NCBI GenBank assembly: GCA_010356995.1
Contig: ML996707.1
Location: 1 to 64,000 of the forward strand
From: Trichodelitschia bisporula
Taxonomy: Eukaryota
Length of the DNA: 64,000 nt
Direction of reading: 5' to 3'
Numbering within the stretch: the stretch's first letter is position 1; every line of letters starts with the position of its first letter. Of this stretch, positions 22,437-33,485 are shown in pieces. Under the pieces are notes generated by a model, which searched no databases, was not told the DNA's origin, and saw only the letters and a program-made list of their open reading frames with translations. Made by a program: the position numbers and the translations under genes.

Positions 22437-23666
22437 ATGCGTCTCTCCCTCATCAGCTCCGCCATCACTCTCATCACCGACTTCACCACAGCCACCTTCC
22501 TCACCCCCATTACCACATCATCTCTCCTCGCCATCTCGATCCTCGCCATACTCTCCCCTTCCAACTCACTCCACCACATGCTCACAAGCCCACGACGCCT
22601 CGATGCCGATCCCAAGCCCCTCGTCGTTACCAACATGTGCCCATCCTCCCTCTGGCCTGGGATAGACACCCAGTCCGGCACCGGCCCGTCGCCGCCTGGC
22701 TTCTCCCTCGCCCCGCAGTCGAGCAGCAATCTGACCGTCAGCGCCGACTGGCAGGGCCGCGTGTGGGCACGCACGAATTGCAGCTTCAACAGCGACGGCA
22801 CCGGCCCAGCCAACAATGCTCTGGGAAAGGCCTGCGGGACCGGCGACTGCAACGGCCTTCTTGCTTGCAAAAGCGGTGGCGACACACCTGCCACCCTGGC
22901 TGAGTTCACGCTGTCCGGCTCTGACGGCAAGGCGTACTACGATATCTCTCTCGTTGACGGATACAACGTGCCCCTCGCAATTCTGCTATTGCCTTCCTCG
23001 GTCCTAGGACTCAGCCCGAATCTCACGAACCCGGCCTGTGTCGCCAGTCCTGCGCTGCTCGCGTCCACACCCTTCGACCCCTACAACGGCGGGCAGACCT
23101 TCCTCGGCACGAACTCGTCGTGCGCACTGCCGTTCGACACTACTGTCACAGAGCAGCAGGTCAACGAATGGTGCCCGTGGGACCTGCAGGTCGATGTCCC
23201 CAAGGGCCCTTCCGACGGTGTGTATACGTACCCTGACGCGAGCGTACAACGCCCGCCGTTCAATGCTTGCTTCAGCGCGTGCGCCAAATGGAACAAGCCG
23301 GAAGACTGCTGCACGGGTAGTCATGGCAGTCCAGGGACCTGTTCGCCGAGCGATTACTCCAAGGCGGCGAAGTCGGTCTGTCCTGATGGATACAGTTATG
23401 CCTTTGACGACAAGACGAGCACATTCATTGTCCCTGGCGGCGCAGCATTCGAGGTAGTATTCTGTCCCGGCGGCCGGAGCACAAACATCCTCTCTGCGGA
23501 GAAGGACAGCGTGCATGACCTTGGCGGTGGGCAAGTAACCTTTGGCAACGGACAGCACTCGGTGCGGGTGGTGAGTGAGAGGGTGGAGAGCAGAGCGACA
23601 AAGCATACTGTTGAGTGGGCGGTTCTCGCGCTGGCAGCGATGGCAGTCGGCTTCGCTGTACCGTAG
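22437..23666 (+). CDS. Thaumatin-like (osmotin/PR-5, GH152-type) secreted protein with hydrophobic C-terminus
   Basis: WQGRVWARTNCSF, CGTGDC, PATLAEFTL, YYDISLVDGYNVP, AKSVCPDGYSYAFDDKTSTF; hydrophobic N- and C-termini. Confidence 0.93.
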   Translation: MRLSLISSAITLITDFTTATFLTPITTSSLLAISILAILSPSNSLHHMLTSPRRLDADPKPLVVTNMCPSSLWPGIDTQSGTGPSPPGFSLAPQSSSNLTVSADWQGRVWARTNCSFNSDGTGPANNALGKACGTGDCNGLLACKSGGDTPATLAEFTLSGSDGKAYYDISLVDGYNVPLAILLLPSSVLGLSPNLTNPACVASPALLASTPFDPYNGGQTFLGTNSSCALPFDTTVTEQQVNEWCPWDLQVDVPKGPSDGVYTYPDASVQRPPFNACFSACAKWNKPEDCCTGSHGSPGTCSPSDYSKAAKSVCPDGYSYAFDDKTSTFIVPGGAAFEVVFCPGGRSTNILSAEKDSVHDLGGGQVTFGNGQHSVRVVSERVESRATKHTVEWAVLALAAMAVGFAVP

Positions 23667-23877
23667 TGTGGCTGTAGTATATCTGATCGTATTTCGTCAT
23701 TAGCACGTGCTCACGCTTCACTGACTTCGCCCTTCACATTCAACTCACGCACTCACGCATGCATACGAAAGTCCATAATGGCATGATGGATACGTTACGC
23801 TCCATTGGAATGATAAGCCCGAACCAATAACTCCATCACCATACCGTCATAAAGAACCCTGCAAAATCGCGCCTCCC

Positions 23878-26223
23878 TTACTCAGGCCGCCACATGCCCA
23901 GCGTCGCGCAAAAGTTGCTGCGGTTGTCCGCATCCGCAACCTGCACCTGCGTCACTGTGCGCCCAGTGCCGACCGTGAAGCCATTGCCCTCGGTGCTAAC
24001 CATGCTCACACTCGCCTTGGTACTCAGCCCATACAGCTCGAGCCCCGACACGGTGCCCTCGACGCTGATGATGCGGTTCTGGCAGTTCTGCTCGCCGACG
24101 CACACCTGGTCGTAGTTGTCAAAGAAGGAATACAGGCCGCCTCCGAACAGCACCACGTCCGACGAGTCGACGATGCGCAGCCCCCACGCGCGGTTGTCTC
24201 GGTCAACACTGCTGCCAAACGTCGGATCGCCAATCCGCGAATCCGGCGTCCACGGCCCCGGCGCTGGCGGGTTGCCCTGCATGTACGGCGTCTCCGTTTG
24301 CGCCGTCGCAAAGTAGACATTCTTTGCATTGCGCAACTGGTAGTTGTACAGCTGCGAATGTTCCGCCGCGGTGCCAACCAGCCACACTGGTTGCTGGCTC
24401 TCAATGTGCACGCCACGCCCGTTGTAGAGGTCGATCTGCGAGTGTCCCGCTTGGTCCAATTCGTGGTCCGCAACCCAGAACCAGCAGTTCTCGACGTACA
24501 CGCTCGCGCTCGGCAGTGTGTGGAACAACGTGTGGGCGCCGATACATGCCGAGTTCGGCCCGTGCTGCGCGCCCGGGTTCTTGGCGCATTTGTCGGCCTG
24601 CAGCTGCGTGCCGGCGGCGCCACCGAGACGGAAGTGTACATCCCAGAGGCCGTTGCTCCCCTGGCTGGAAGCGCCGGAGGCCCACTCCATCAGGATCGCA
24701 CCCGGCGCTGGACCGGCCGTCGCGAAGATCATATCCGACATCTCCACCGCGCCGTTGTCGTTCGGCGTGCCAATCAGGAACACCGGCTGTGGGTTCGACG
24801 GATCGCTGAAGGCCGCACCGCTCGCGAGAATAACGGGCCAGATCTCGCCGGTTATCTTTGCGTGCGCCGGCACGCGGACAGTGCTTGTGATGATGTATGC
24901 GCCGTGGTCGAAGTACAGTACCTGCCCCGGCTGCAGCGCGTTGAGCGCGGCCTGGATCGCGCCCGTGTCGTCCGTCTGACCGTCACCCTTTGCGCCCGCA
25001 GCCTTGACGCTGACAAAGTTTGACACCGGCACGTCGAGGTACTGCGGCTTCGAGCGCGCAAACACACGGCCATCCGCGGTCAGCAGTGGAGACGGCTTCG
25101 CTGCCGCTGGGACCATCCCCTGCGTGCGTGTGCCGTCGCTCCCGGCGTACGTGCGGCCTTGGACCCACGTCTGCACCTTGGACCCTCCCGGCATGATCGT
25201 CTGCCCGTCGAACGACTGAACAGCCACCCGTGCGCCGCCAAAGTCGACGTTGTCCAGGACGAGCGTGCCTCCGCCGGAAGGTACCGACTGCATATTGAAC
25301 GACGTGTTGAAGGCAACATCGGTATTCGTGAAGACCGCGTCCTGCAGCAGCACCGATCCCACAGTCTGGTTCGGCGGGTTGTTCGCCATGTCGATACCCA
25401 GGTTGCAGTTGTTGATGGCGACGTCCTTGAACGTCCACACCCAGTTCCAGTTCATGAAGATTGCCGTGCGGCAGCCGTTGAAGGTCAGATTGCGTGTCGT
25501 GAACTGCTGGTTCCCCAGAAACATGCCCATGTTGCCACCGTTAAAGGTCAGGTCCGTCATGAAGCCGCCGCTGCCGTTGTCCATGAAGACGCCCTGTTGC
25601 GCCGTCGCGCCCGGAACCATCTCAAAGCGGATGTTCTGCAGGCTCGTCGCCTGCGCAACCTGCCAGTGGATTCCGGCACCGCGGTCGCCCGGCATGGCCG
25701 TCAGATCGATGACAAAGTTGCGCACCTGGCGGAAAAAGTTGTTCTGATTGGTGTACCAGTTGTTGCCAAAATTGTCATACGGGTCGCTGTCAATGATGGC
25801 GATGCCGGTGAAGGAGGGTGCCGCCTTCAGCGTCGGCGGGCTCGACGCGTCGCCAACAAACTGCGTGTAGTAGAGCTGCACGATCGGCTTCGACACGACG
25901 TATACACCCGGCGGGAAATAGACGATGGCCGGCGTCACGGTGGTCGAGTCGCAGCCCTGGGCGCAACGCGGACTGCTGCCCATGGTGATGCAGGTGTTGA
26001 TAGCGGCCGTGTCATCGGTCTGGCCGTCGCCTTTAGCACCACAGTCGCGGACGTTGCGGAAGATCTGGTACGCGGGATCGCCGAAGGCTGCCTTGCCCTG
26101 GCGCGCAATGGAGGAGACCCAGTAGGACGTGGTGGTATCGCGCGCGATCAGGCCATCTATGGGGGCGGCGGAGACAAGCGCGGAGAGGAAGAGCGCCAGC
26201 GGCGCAAATATGGAGAGGCGCAT
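23878..26223 (-). CDS. GH55 exo-beta-1,3-glucanase (two pectate-lyase-3-type beta-helix domains), secreted
   Basis: Signal peptide; two GAKGDGQTDDT repeats; NQNNFFRQVRN, GIHWQVAQATSLQN, FMDNGSGGF, WVADHELD and QTETPY motifs. Confidence 0.95.
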   Translation of the reverse strand: MRLSIFAPLALFLSALVSAAPIDGLIARDTTTSYWVSSIARQGKAAFGDPAYQIFRNVRDCGAKGDGQTDDTAAINTCITMGSSPRCAQGCDSTTVTPAIVYFPPGVYVVSKPIVQLYYTQFVGDASSPPTLKAAPSFTGIAIIDSDPYDNFGNNWYTNQNNFFRQVRNFVIDLTAMPGDRGAGIHWQVAQATSLQNIRFEMVPGATAQQGVFMDNGSGGFMTDLTFNGGNMGMFLGNQQFTTRNLTFNGCRTAIFMNWNWVWTFKDVAINNCNLGIDMANNPPNQTVGSVLLQDAVFTNTDVAFNTSFNMQSVPSGGGTLVLDNVDFGGARVAVQSFDGQTIMPGGSKVQTWVQGRTYAGSDGTRTQGMVPAAAKPSPLLTADGRVFARSKPQYLDVPVSNFVSVKAAGAKGDGQTDDTGAIQAALNALQPGQVLYFDHGAYIITSTVRVPAHAKITGEIWPVILASGAAFSDPSNPQPVFLIGTPNDNGAVEMSDMIFATAGPAPGAILMEWASGASSQGSNGLWDVHFRLGGAAGTQLQADKCAKNPGAQHGPNSACIGAHTLFHTLPSASVYVENCWFWVADHELDQAGHSQIDLYNGRGVHIESQQPVWLVGTAAEHSQLYNYQLRNAKNVYFATAQTETPYMQGNPPAPGPWTPDSRIGDPTFGSSVDRDNRAWGLRIVDSSDVVLFGGGLYSFFDNYDQVCVGEQNCQNRIISVEGTVSGLELYGLSTKASVSMVSTEGNGFTVGTGRTVTQVQVADADNRSNFCATLGMWRPE

Positions 26224-29200
26224 GGCGGAGAGAAGGTGTGGGGTCGAGTTTGGGGATTACTCGTGAGTTGCGAGTCGCGAAGGAGCGTGGTGAAGAGGGT
26301 CAAAGGGGTTCAAATAGTGGGGTTAGGAAGGAGGTATGGGGGCTTGTGGAATTGGGAAGGCTGAATTTGGAAGCGGAGTCCAAAGTGAACGCTGGAGAAA
26401 GAGCCCAAGTGCCGGCAGAACTTCCAAGAAAACGATTCCGCCCGGGTCCAGATGCGTCGTCGAAGCAAGTCGCTAAGGCCAAGGCGTCAATCCAAGTTTG
26501 TCAAATAGGAGTTGTCGAATAGAAGTCAAATGCAGTTTTTCTGTCCAAGACCACAGTCCAGCTTCGGCCAAGGTGAATAGCTGTCGATGTGAGTAGCGGT
26601 CGATCAACGACGCTTTATATCGAAGTGAAGCGTCTAGAAATGCACAAAGGAGCGACAACACGCGCAAGACAACGACTGAAGGCACAAGGTTAGCCCACGC
26701 ATGCTGGGAGGGATAGAACTGCTCTTAAACAAGCTCGTCCCCCGTGGTCAAGGTGTTTGATAGCAATAGCTAGCATCGTTTCGAAACGCGCGGCGGGCGT
26801 GCCCAATTCGGCATTCGGCCATCCCCAGGCACCGGTCCTTCTGGACGTCCGCTGGTAAACCGCGCCATCGCCTGCCATCGCCTCCCAACCTCGTGCCGGA
26901 GTCGTCTGGACTGCTCTGTAGGGGGATATGTGAAACGCGATGCTGGTGCAGAGATGCGCGACGTCGAATCAAGGCCAAACCGGGGGCGGCAGGGCGCGTG
27001 TGGCGCACTCGGTTGGCTGCGACGCCACGACCCGAGAAATCCACAGGGCGAACAACCATCTCCTTTATCGATGCTTTTTTCGACTCCTCGATCTGGCTTC
27101 ATGGAATTCGGCAAATCATTCACGAAGTCCCCTTTTCTCTCCGTTTCGCATTTGCCTGTTGGCTTATCGTTCTTCTCTTTCATCTTGAACTACATACCTC
27201 GTCGCCCTCGTCACTCTCTTCTCCTTGCCCAACTTCCCCCCCCCTCCCTCCCCCTACCATGTCCCGCCAAAATGAAACTTGATCAACCCAGCTATTGGCC
27301 CCGTGAGCAATATCCGTCCGATCCGTGATCTCCTGCTATGCCCCGGATTAGCATTACCACCCGCATTACCACCCGCAACGACAAGCATTGCCACCAACAA
27401 GCATTCCACCAGCGCGGCCAGCATTCCAACCAGCAATGGCCAGCATCGTCGAGTCTTCTGGTGCCTGGATGCCCGTCACCGACTGCCGTGTAACGCCGCA
27501 CCACCGCGTGCTCCCACATCATGCGCGACCGTTGAGCCCGACGCGGTCGCTGCACGAGCCCTATGCCTGTGCCCGTCTGTGTCCTCCGATGTGTGAGATG
27601 CGTATCGCCGGGTCGGTTTGAGCAACTGCTAGCGATCAACGGTCAGCGGCACCGGTTCAACTCTTTGTGCGTTTGAACGTTGTATTCGTGGAACCGCGGG
27701 GATATACAAAGGGAGGCTTTGTTTCGCGTTGGATTTGACGTTGGAGCATGCTGGGTCAGTGCCCATTCAGCGGGTAAGGGTGCGCGGGACCCCGACCAGG
27801 GCTTCAAGACATCGCGATCAGGGTTAAGTGGCATCATGACTTCCATGGACCGCGATCGGCACGGCCTTGAGATGCAATTGGATCATGTTCGAGGCCTGCA
27901 ATTTGGCTTGGTGGCCATGCTGCCAATCCGCTGTCCTCACTCCTGCCCGATTTGGATGGCCAGCAGCAAACGATGATAAATGCGCACAATTCGACAAAGA
28001 ACCAGAACTTCACCATTGCAACCTTTACCAGGCATTGTGTGGCACGCGGTTTTATTATCAGCAAAGAATGGGCCGATTTATCCTTTGTTTGTCTACAGTA
28101 CACTCCATGTGCCGTCTTCCTGGGCCGCAGCAGATTGCCTCGAGACGTCGCCCGCTGAGTGGTGTGTACGATTGGGAGACGGCGATGCCGAAGTTTTCGA
28201 TATGCGTGATAAGCGTCATCCAGTTTCGATCCGCCCTCTAAGAAATGCGCTTAATCAATGCTGCCGCTTCAGTGTCTCGTTTCGGCACCGGCAGCCTTCG
28301 TTGGCCTGGTGAAGATGGTGGGGGTGAGCACTGAGCGCACTCACTATGCCGACCGTAACGAGAACGAGAAGTCTGGCGGGTGCAAAGAATTTAATCTTCG
28401 AGATCATGTTTATGGCGTCGGAGATAGCGCAGTAGGCGTACAATGCCAACGCGGGCAACACGAGTCCCGGGGACACCATTGTGAATGACGGAGCAAACGA
28501 GTGGTAGCGAGAAAGAAGTAGACTCGAAGGTTACTCATACGCAGGCAGAGGACGTCGCCTTGCATAACCTGCACCGTCAGCACCATACCGAAGCCATCTC
28601 CACCTTGATACAGATTGTATCTTAACCACTTCAAGGCTGTACGGCAGATATCTCTGGTACAGGCGATTTTGGCTATCAATTCTTGTATCGCAACATTTGA
28701 ACCAGCCTGGACAATTAACACTGTCCTTTTTGTCTTCGGTCCATAGACTCACAATCGTCCGTTTTGTTCCCCGTTGAAGTCGAGGTATGGAGGCGAAAAC
28801 GGCTAACCTTGATTTTGCACGTGAGTGACAGCTCGGCGATGAAGTATGCAAAAATCCCACCAGGTAGCTTGCTTTTTATAGTTTCGTTCATCTATATTAT
28901 GATGACAGTGAGTACCAGCGAGCAAACCGTGCAGCTTGTCCATGAATCTACTGCTTTATTCATGACGTTGTCGGGTTGCATGGATCGCGATGTCGGCCGG
29001 CAGCTAAGCGCTCAGACCAGTTAGGGCCAGTGTGCTTCCTACTACCACAATACATCACGATCAGTCGATCCTTTGCTTGTTTGATCAGAGGTCGTGATAA
29101 TAAGATGTGAACGTTTAATGATCCCTCGTCTTCTTACCTACCTCCGCCACACAGCCGAGGCACGGCCCGCCCCGCCAACAGCGACCATCAAAGTCACCCG

Positions 29201-29228
29201 CGACGACAACTCTACCTCCAATACAACG

Positions 29229-30222
29229 ATGGTTGTAAAAACAATATACATCTGCCGTCACGGTGTACGCCTCTCCTCTTCATCATTCAGCCTCTAACGC
29301 ATACAGTTCCGCCTCAACTGGACGCTCGACCCACACACGATCACCTACTCCGCCAACTTCCCCACCCCCACCGGCATCCCCGCCGACCCGCCGCTCGCAA
29401 GCCATGGCGAGGCGCAGAGCCTCGAGCTTGCCACCGCCGTAGCCGCACTCGACCCGCCTGTCGATGCCATTTACGGTAGCCCGTACTACCGCTGTCTTCA
29501 GACCATTGCGCCAGCCGCTCGCATTATCGGTGGGCGGCTGCCACCCGCGCGGCGCGGCATCCGCGTCGAGACCGGCTTCGGGTGTGTCTCTCTCGACTTT
29601 CCCAGCCATAATGATCCCACCTCGTTCATGTTACGCCCATGTTATGCAGACGAGCGCTAACCGCCGCAGCGAGTGGTACGGCCAAACAGACGGCGTCCCG
29701 CAGCCGCGTCCCGCCCCGGTGAGCTCCCTCGCGCCCCTATTCCCTGGCCTCCTCGATACATCCTACACCTCGACCGCCGAAGCGCACCCCCACGGCGAGT
29801 CAATCAAGCAGCTACATGACCGCATCGCCGCTGCGCTGCACGCCGTCATCAGCGCCGCGGACGCCGAGCCCGATGGCCCTTCTGCCATCCTCATCTGCAC
29901 GCACGCGGCGAGCATGATCGCCATGGGCCGCGCGCTGACGGGCGTGATGCCGGCCGACCCGTGCGACGACGACTTCAAGTGCTTCACCGCGAGCCTGTCG
30001 CGGTACGTACGACGGACGGTGGATGACGGCCCGCCGAGCGAGTGGCGCGGCGTGGGCGTCAAAGGTGGGTGGGACTGCGAGGCAAACGCCGACTGCAGCC
30101 ACCTGGTGGGCGGCGAGGAGCGTGGGTGGCACTTTTCCGGCGATGAATCATTCCTGCGTGACCCGGACGCGTTCAACGACGCCGATAACGAGCGGCGGGA
30201 AACGAGAGAGACGAAGCTGTGA
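29229..30222 (+). CDS. Histidine phosphatase/phosphoglycerate mutase family protein (TFIIIC tau55-like N-domain), 3 exons
   Basis: MVVKTIYICRHG|FRLNW...PTGIPADPPLASHG...SPYYRCLQT...EWYG...ILICTHAASMIAMGRAL. GT-AG introns near 29265-29306 and 29582-29669. Confidence 0.85.
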
Positions 30223-30602
30223 TGTGGATGGATATTAGGATCCTACGTGCCCGACGGTATTCCTCTGGTACTGGGTCTGCAAGTGCTAGGGGAATGATGC
30301 GTGTGCTGTGATGCTGTGGGGATGAACGGAGATGCCGCGATTGTATGAGGCTACAGGATGCTTAAATGCTGAGACAAACACTTGAATACACCTTTGTCGA
30401 GCACAGTCACAACCGGGTTAGTCATTCACTGCCCGAAACCATATCCGTGATTGCGCCTAGCAGATGACCCTAAGCACACTTGACCGACATTGCTCTAGCA
30501 AATGACCTAGCACACACGACGCATCACTGTTGCAGCCCATATGCAGACATTGTCCTCCAGACCATCAGTCTACCTCCACCATAGCCCAGACCTCGCAATC
30601 GC

Positions 30603-31265
30603 CTAAGACTCTGTGATCGCCCGCCGGATGCGGGAGCCGCGCTGCCGCGACGTCAGGTGCGCGGAGCGGCTGGCCACGTCAGGCGTCTTAGCGACGGTCT
30701 CATCCGCCTCGGTCAGGATGAGCTCGATGTGGCACGGGTTCGACATGTACGGGTTGATCTGGCCTGTCAGCGAAATTCAATTAAGCTCACGGACAACGTA
30801 CCCGGCCGTGAGCGCGGTACGTCCGCCGACGCTGCTTGGGCGCCTGGTTGACCTGGATGTGCTTCACGACGAGCGCGCTGGTGTCAAGACCTTTGGTGTC
30901 GGCATTGGCCTCGGCGTTCTTGAGCAGGTCGAGCAGGAACTCGGCCGACTTGACGGGCCAGCGGGCCTTGGAGACGCCAAACTGCTTGCCTAGGGACGTC
31001 AGCTCTGTACACATCATTGAGCATTCATCAAATGCATCGGTCACCCACCCTGCGCCGTGCGTCCAGTGCTGCCCGCGTACCGACGCATAGGGACGGCCTC
31101 CTTGTGCTCCTTGACGTTCTCGAGAAACTGCACCGCGCGCTGCAGATTCCAGCCGTTAATGGCCTGGGCGGTCTCACGCGTGTTCTTGAACGACACGCGC
31201 AGGTAGGAGCCGCGCGCGCGCGCCGACTTGCCGGACTCGATGTGCGTAGCGGCGTAGCGAACCAT
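30603..31265 (-). CDS. RPL17: 60S ribosomal protein L17 (uL22), 3 exons
   Basis: MVRYAA...[24 protein letters not shown]...[22 protein letters not shown]...[27 protein letters not shown]. Confidence 0.97.
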
Positions 31266-31546
31266 GATGTGTGGTGGTGTCGGAGGTTGTCGTGTCGTCG
31301 GTGTCAATGAAGTCGTTGGTTTGGCAATTTTCAGTGGTGGGCGTGGTTGCTTGGCCGTCGTAAAAAGGTTTGTCCGTGCAGGGGGTGCTGGAGCTAAGCG
31401 AAAAAATTCTGGGAGCTGGTCGAGAACAGCTTTTCACGTTCGTTCTCCGCAACGTCCTCTACTTTTTTTGCTCAAGTCTACGTCCCCCTGCACATCTCTA
31501 CCACTACGTGTCGTACCGACTCTCAATCGATTCAGATTCTCATATA
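31266..31546. promoter_or_regulatory. Short bidirectional promoter RPL17/NOP1 with an RRPE-like A/T element
   Basis: Head-to-head ATGs ~280 bp apart; cgaaaaaattct at 31399-31410 resembles RRPE (TGAAAAWTTTT) but is imperfect. Confidence 0.5.
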
Positions 31547-32651
31547 ATGCCCCCATTTACTCCTCGGGGCGGTCGCGGCGGGCGTGGTGGTGCTCCGTCG
31601 CGCGGTGGAGCACGCGGCGGTCGTGGTTGGTCTTGTCTCTGCACTTAATGGCCTTTCTAACATCACAGGCGGTTTCGGTGCACCACGCGGTGGTGATCGT
31701 GGTCGTGGCCGTGGCGGCGGCCGTGGTGCTCCTCGCGGCGGCGCGCGCGGCGGCCGTGGCGGCGGTGCGGGCGCAAAGGGCGGCCAGAAGGTTATCATTG
31801 TACGTCTTCGTGCTGTCTACACCAACAACTACTTACACCTATTAGGAGCCGTGGGGACGCCACAAGGGTGTGTTCGTTGCGCGTGGCAAGGAAGACCTGC
31901 TCGTCACCGTCAACCTCACGCCCGGTGAGTCCGTCTACGGCGAGAAACGTGTCGTTGTGCAGGGCTCGCTCAAGGACGCAAACGGCGACGATGCGCCGAC
32001 ATCTGTTGAATACCGCGTGTGGAACCCTTTCCGCTCCAAGCTTGCGGCCGGTATCATCGGCGGCATGGAGAATATCTACATGGTGGGTCATCCCCTAAAT
32101 ATTAAGCCCCACTAACAACCCAGGGCCCCGGCAGTAAGGTGCTCTACCTCGGTGCGGCCAGTGGCACGTCAGTCTCCCATGTTGCAGACATTGTCGGCAA
32201 GGAGGGTACAGTGTACGCGGTCGAGTTCAGCCATCGCAGCGGCCGCGACCTCGTCAACATGGCGACGCACCGCACGAACGTGATCCCGATCGTCGAAGAC
32301 GCGCGGCACCCGATGCGGTACCGCATGCTCGTTGGCATGGTGGATTGCATCTTCGCCGATGTCGCCCAGCCTGATCAAGCGCGTATTGTCGGGCTTAACG
32401 CGCACCAGTTCCTCAAGGTTGGCGGCGGCGTCGTCGTCTCGATCAAGGCCAACTGCATCGACAGCACGGCGGCGCCCGAAGCTGTCTTCGCGCGCGAGGT
32501 CGAGAAGATGCGTGCCGAGTATGTACCAATGCCTCCCTGTTTATACATCGCTGACTGTCCAAGGCGTATCAAACCCAAAGAGCAACTTACACTCGAGCCG
32601 TTTGAGCGCGATCACGCCATGGTCTGCGGCATATACCAGCGTGCTGGGTAA
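31547..32651 (+). CDS. NOP1: Fibrillarin, rRNA 2'-O-methyltransferase (multi-exon)
   Basis: RGG-rich N-terminus; [61 protein letters not shown]. Confidence 0.97.
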
Positions 32652-33299
32652 ATGTAATGTAGGCGGTCATGGGCGGCGTTTGGGGCACGGCGCAGGCATC
32701 CAGGGTTTGACGTACGGTACTCATTTCGATAGTGTGCGATATGGAATCTGAGATTTGATCTGATGCAGTAGCATGATCGGTGACACCACCTGATATGACT
32801 TTGACATTGGCTCAACTTCACAGGCTCCGTCTCCAACTGGCAGTTTGCATCTCATACGACAAAGAGGGCGCAGATGCTCATGTCCCATGCCCAGCAGTGT
32901 GCAGCAGCAGTTCCCTGGATCCAACTTCGTGACTTTTAGAGCGAAGTTCTCGACTTATTTTGGAGATGATCGAAGTCCCGTGCCCACCGCAGGCATGACC
33001 AGCGGCTGTCACGCAGACCGATAGTTGCGACCGGCCCAAGGTCGAACGTTGCCAACAACTTTCAGCGCCCAGGAGTGGAGAAGTGAGTGTGGAGGATGGT
33101 TGTTGGCAAGGCAAAATTATTGCTTAAGGCAAAAGTGCGGCAGGCAGCAAATATCCGGCCCGCATTCCCAGCTCAACTCGGCAGTTTGGCGCCGCACCGG
33201 CCCGACCACCACGACCCCACCACTTATTTTACGCTAAACCCGGATTGTCCCCGCTCTAACCCAAAACTGATAACCGCTAACCTAATATGGTATCCCTGT

Positions 33300-33375
33300 A
33301 GAAACACCTCGATGCTTCCACGATGACGCACCCCGCTTCCCGGTTTGTTCTCGAGCCTCACGCCATTTCGAGAAT
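33300..33375 (+). promoter_or_regulatory. Possible heat-shock elements upstream of HSP104
   Basis: TTCgaGAA at 33367-33374 and TTCtcGAG at 33348; only two-unit or degenerate nGAAn arrays. Confidence 0.35.
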
Positions 33376-33485
33376 GCACCAGCACCACCTCTTTCCATGA
33401 ACACTTCCTCGACCTCGACTACTTAAATCTCCCTCTCCTCTGGTTTTACCTTCTCTTTCTCGTCTTCATCAAACAACAACGAACC

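Noticed and set aside
27900..28900. Possible minus-strand gene with a TATAAA near 28875 and intron-like signals
   Set aside because: Could not assemble a convincing reading frame or recognise a domain; may be a non-coding transcript but is unsupported
30211..30222. C-terminal TKL (and VKL at 51761) as peroxisomal PTS1
   Set aside because: Non-canonical first residue and no supporting evidence
33345..33485. TTG-initiated N-terminal extension of Hsp104
   Set aside because: Pyrimidine-rich 5' leader composition; ATG 33486 has good context and matches the family start
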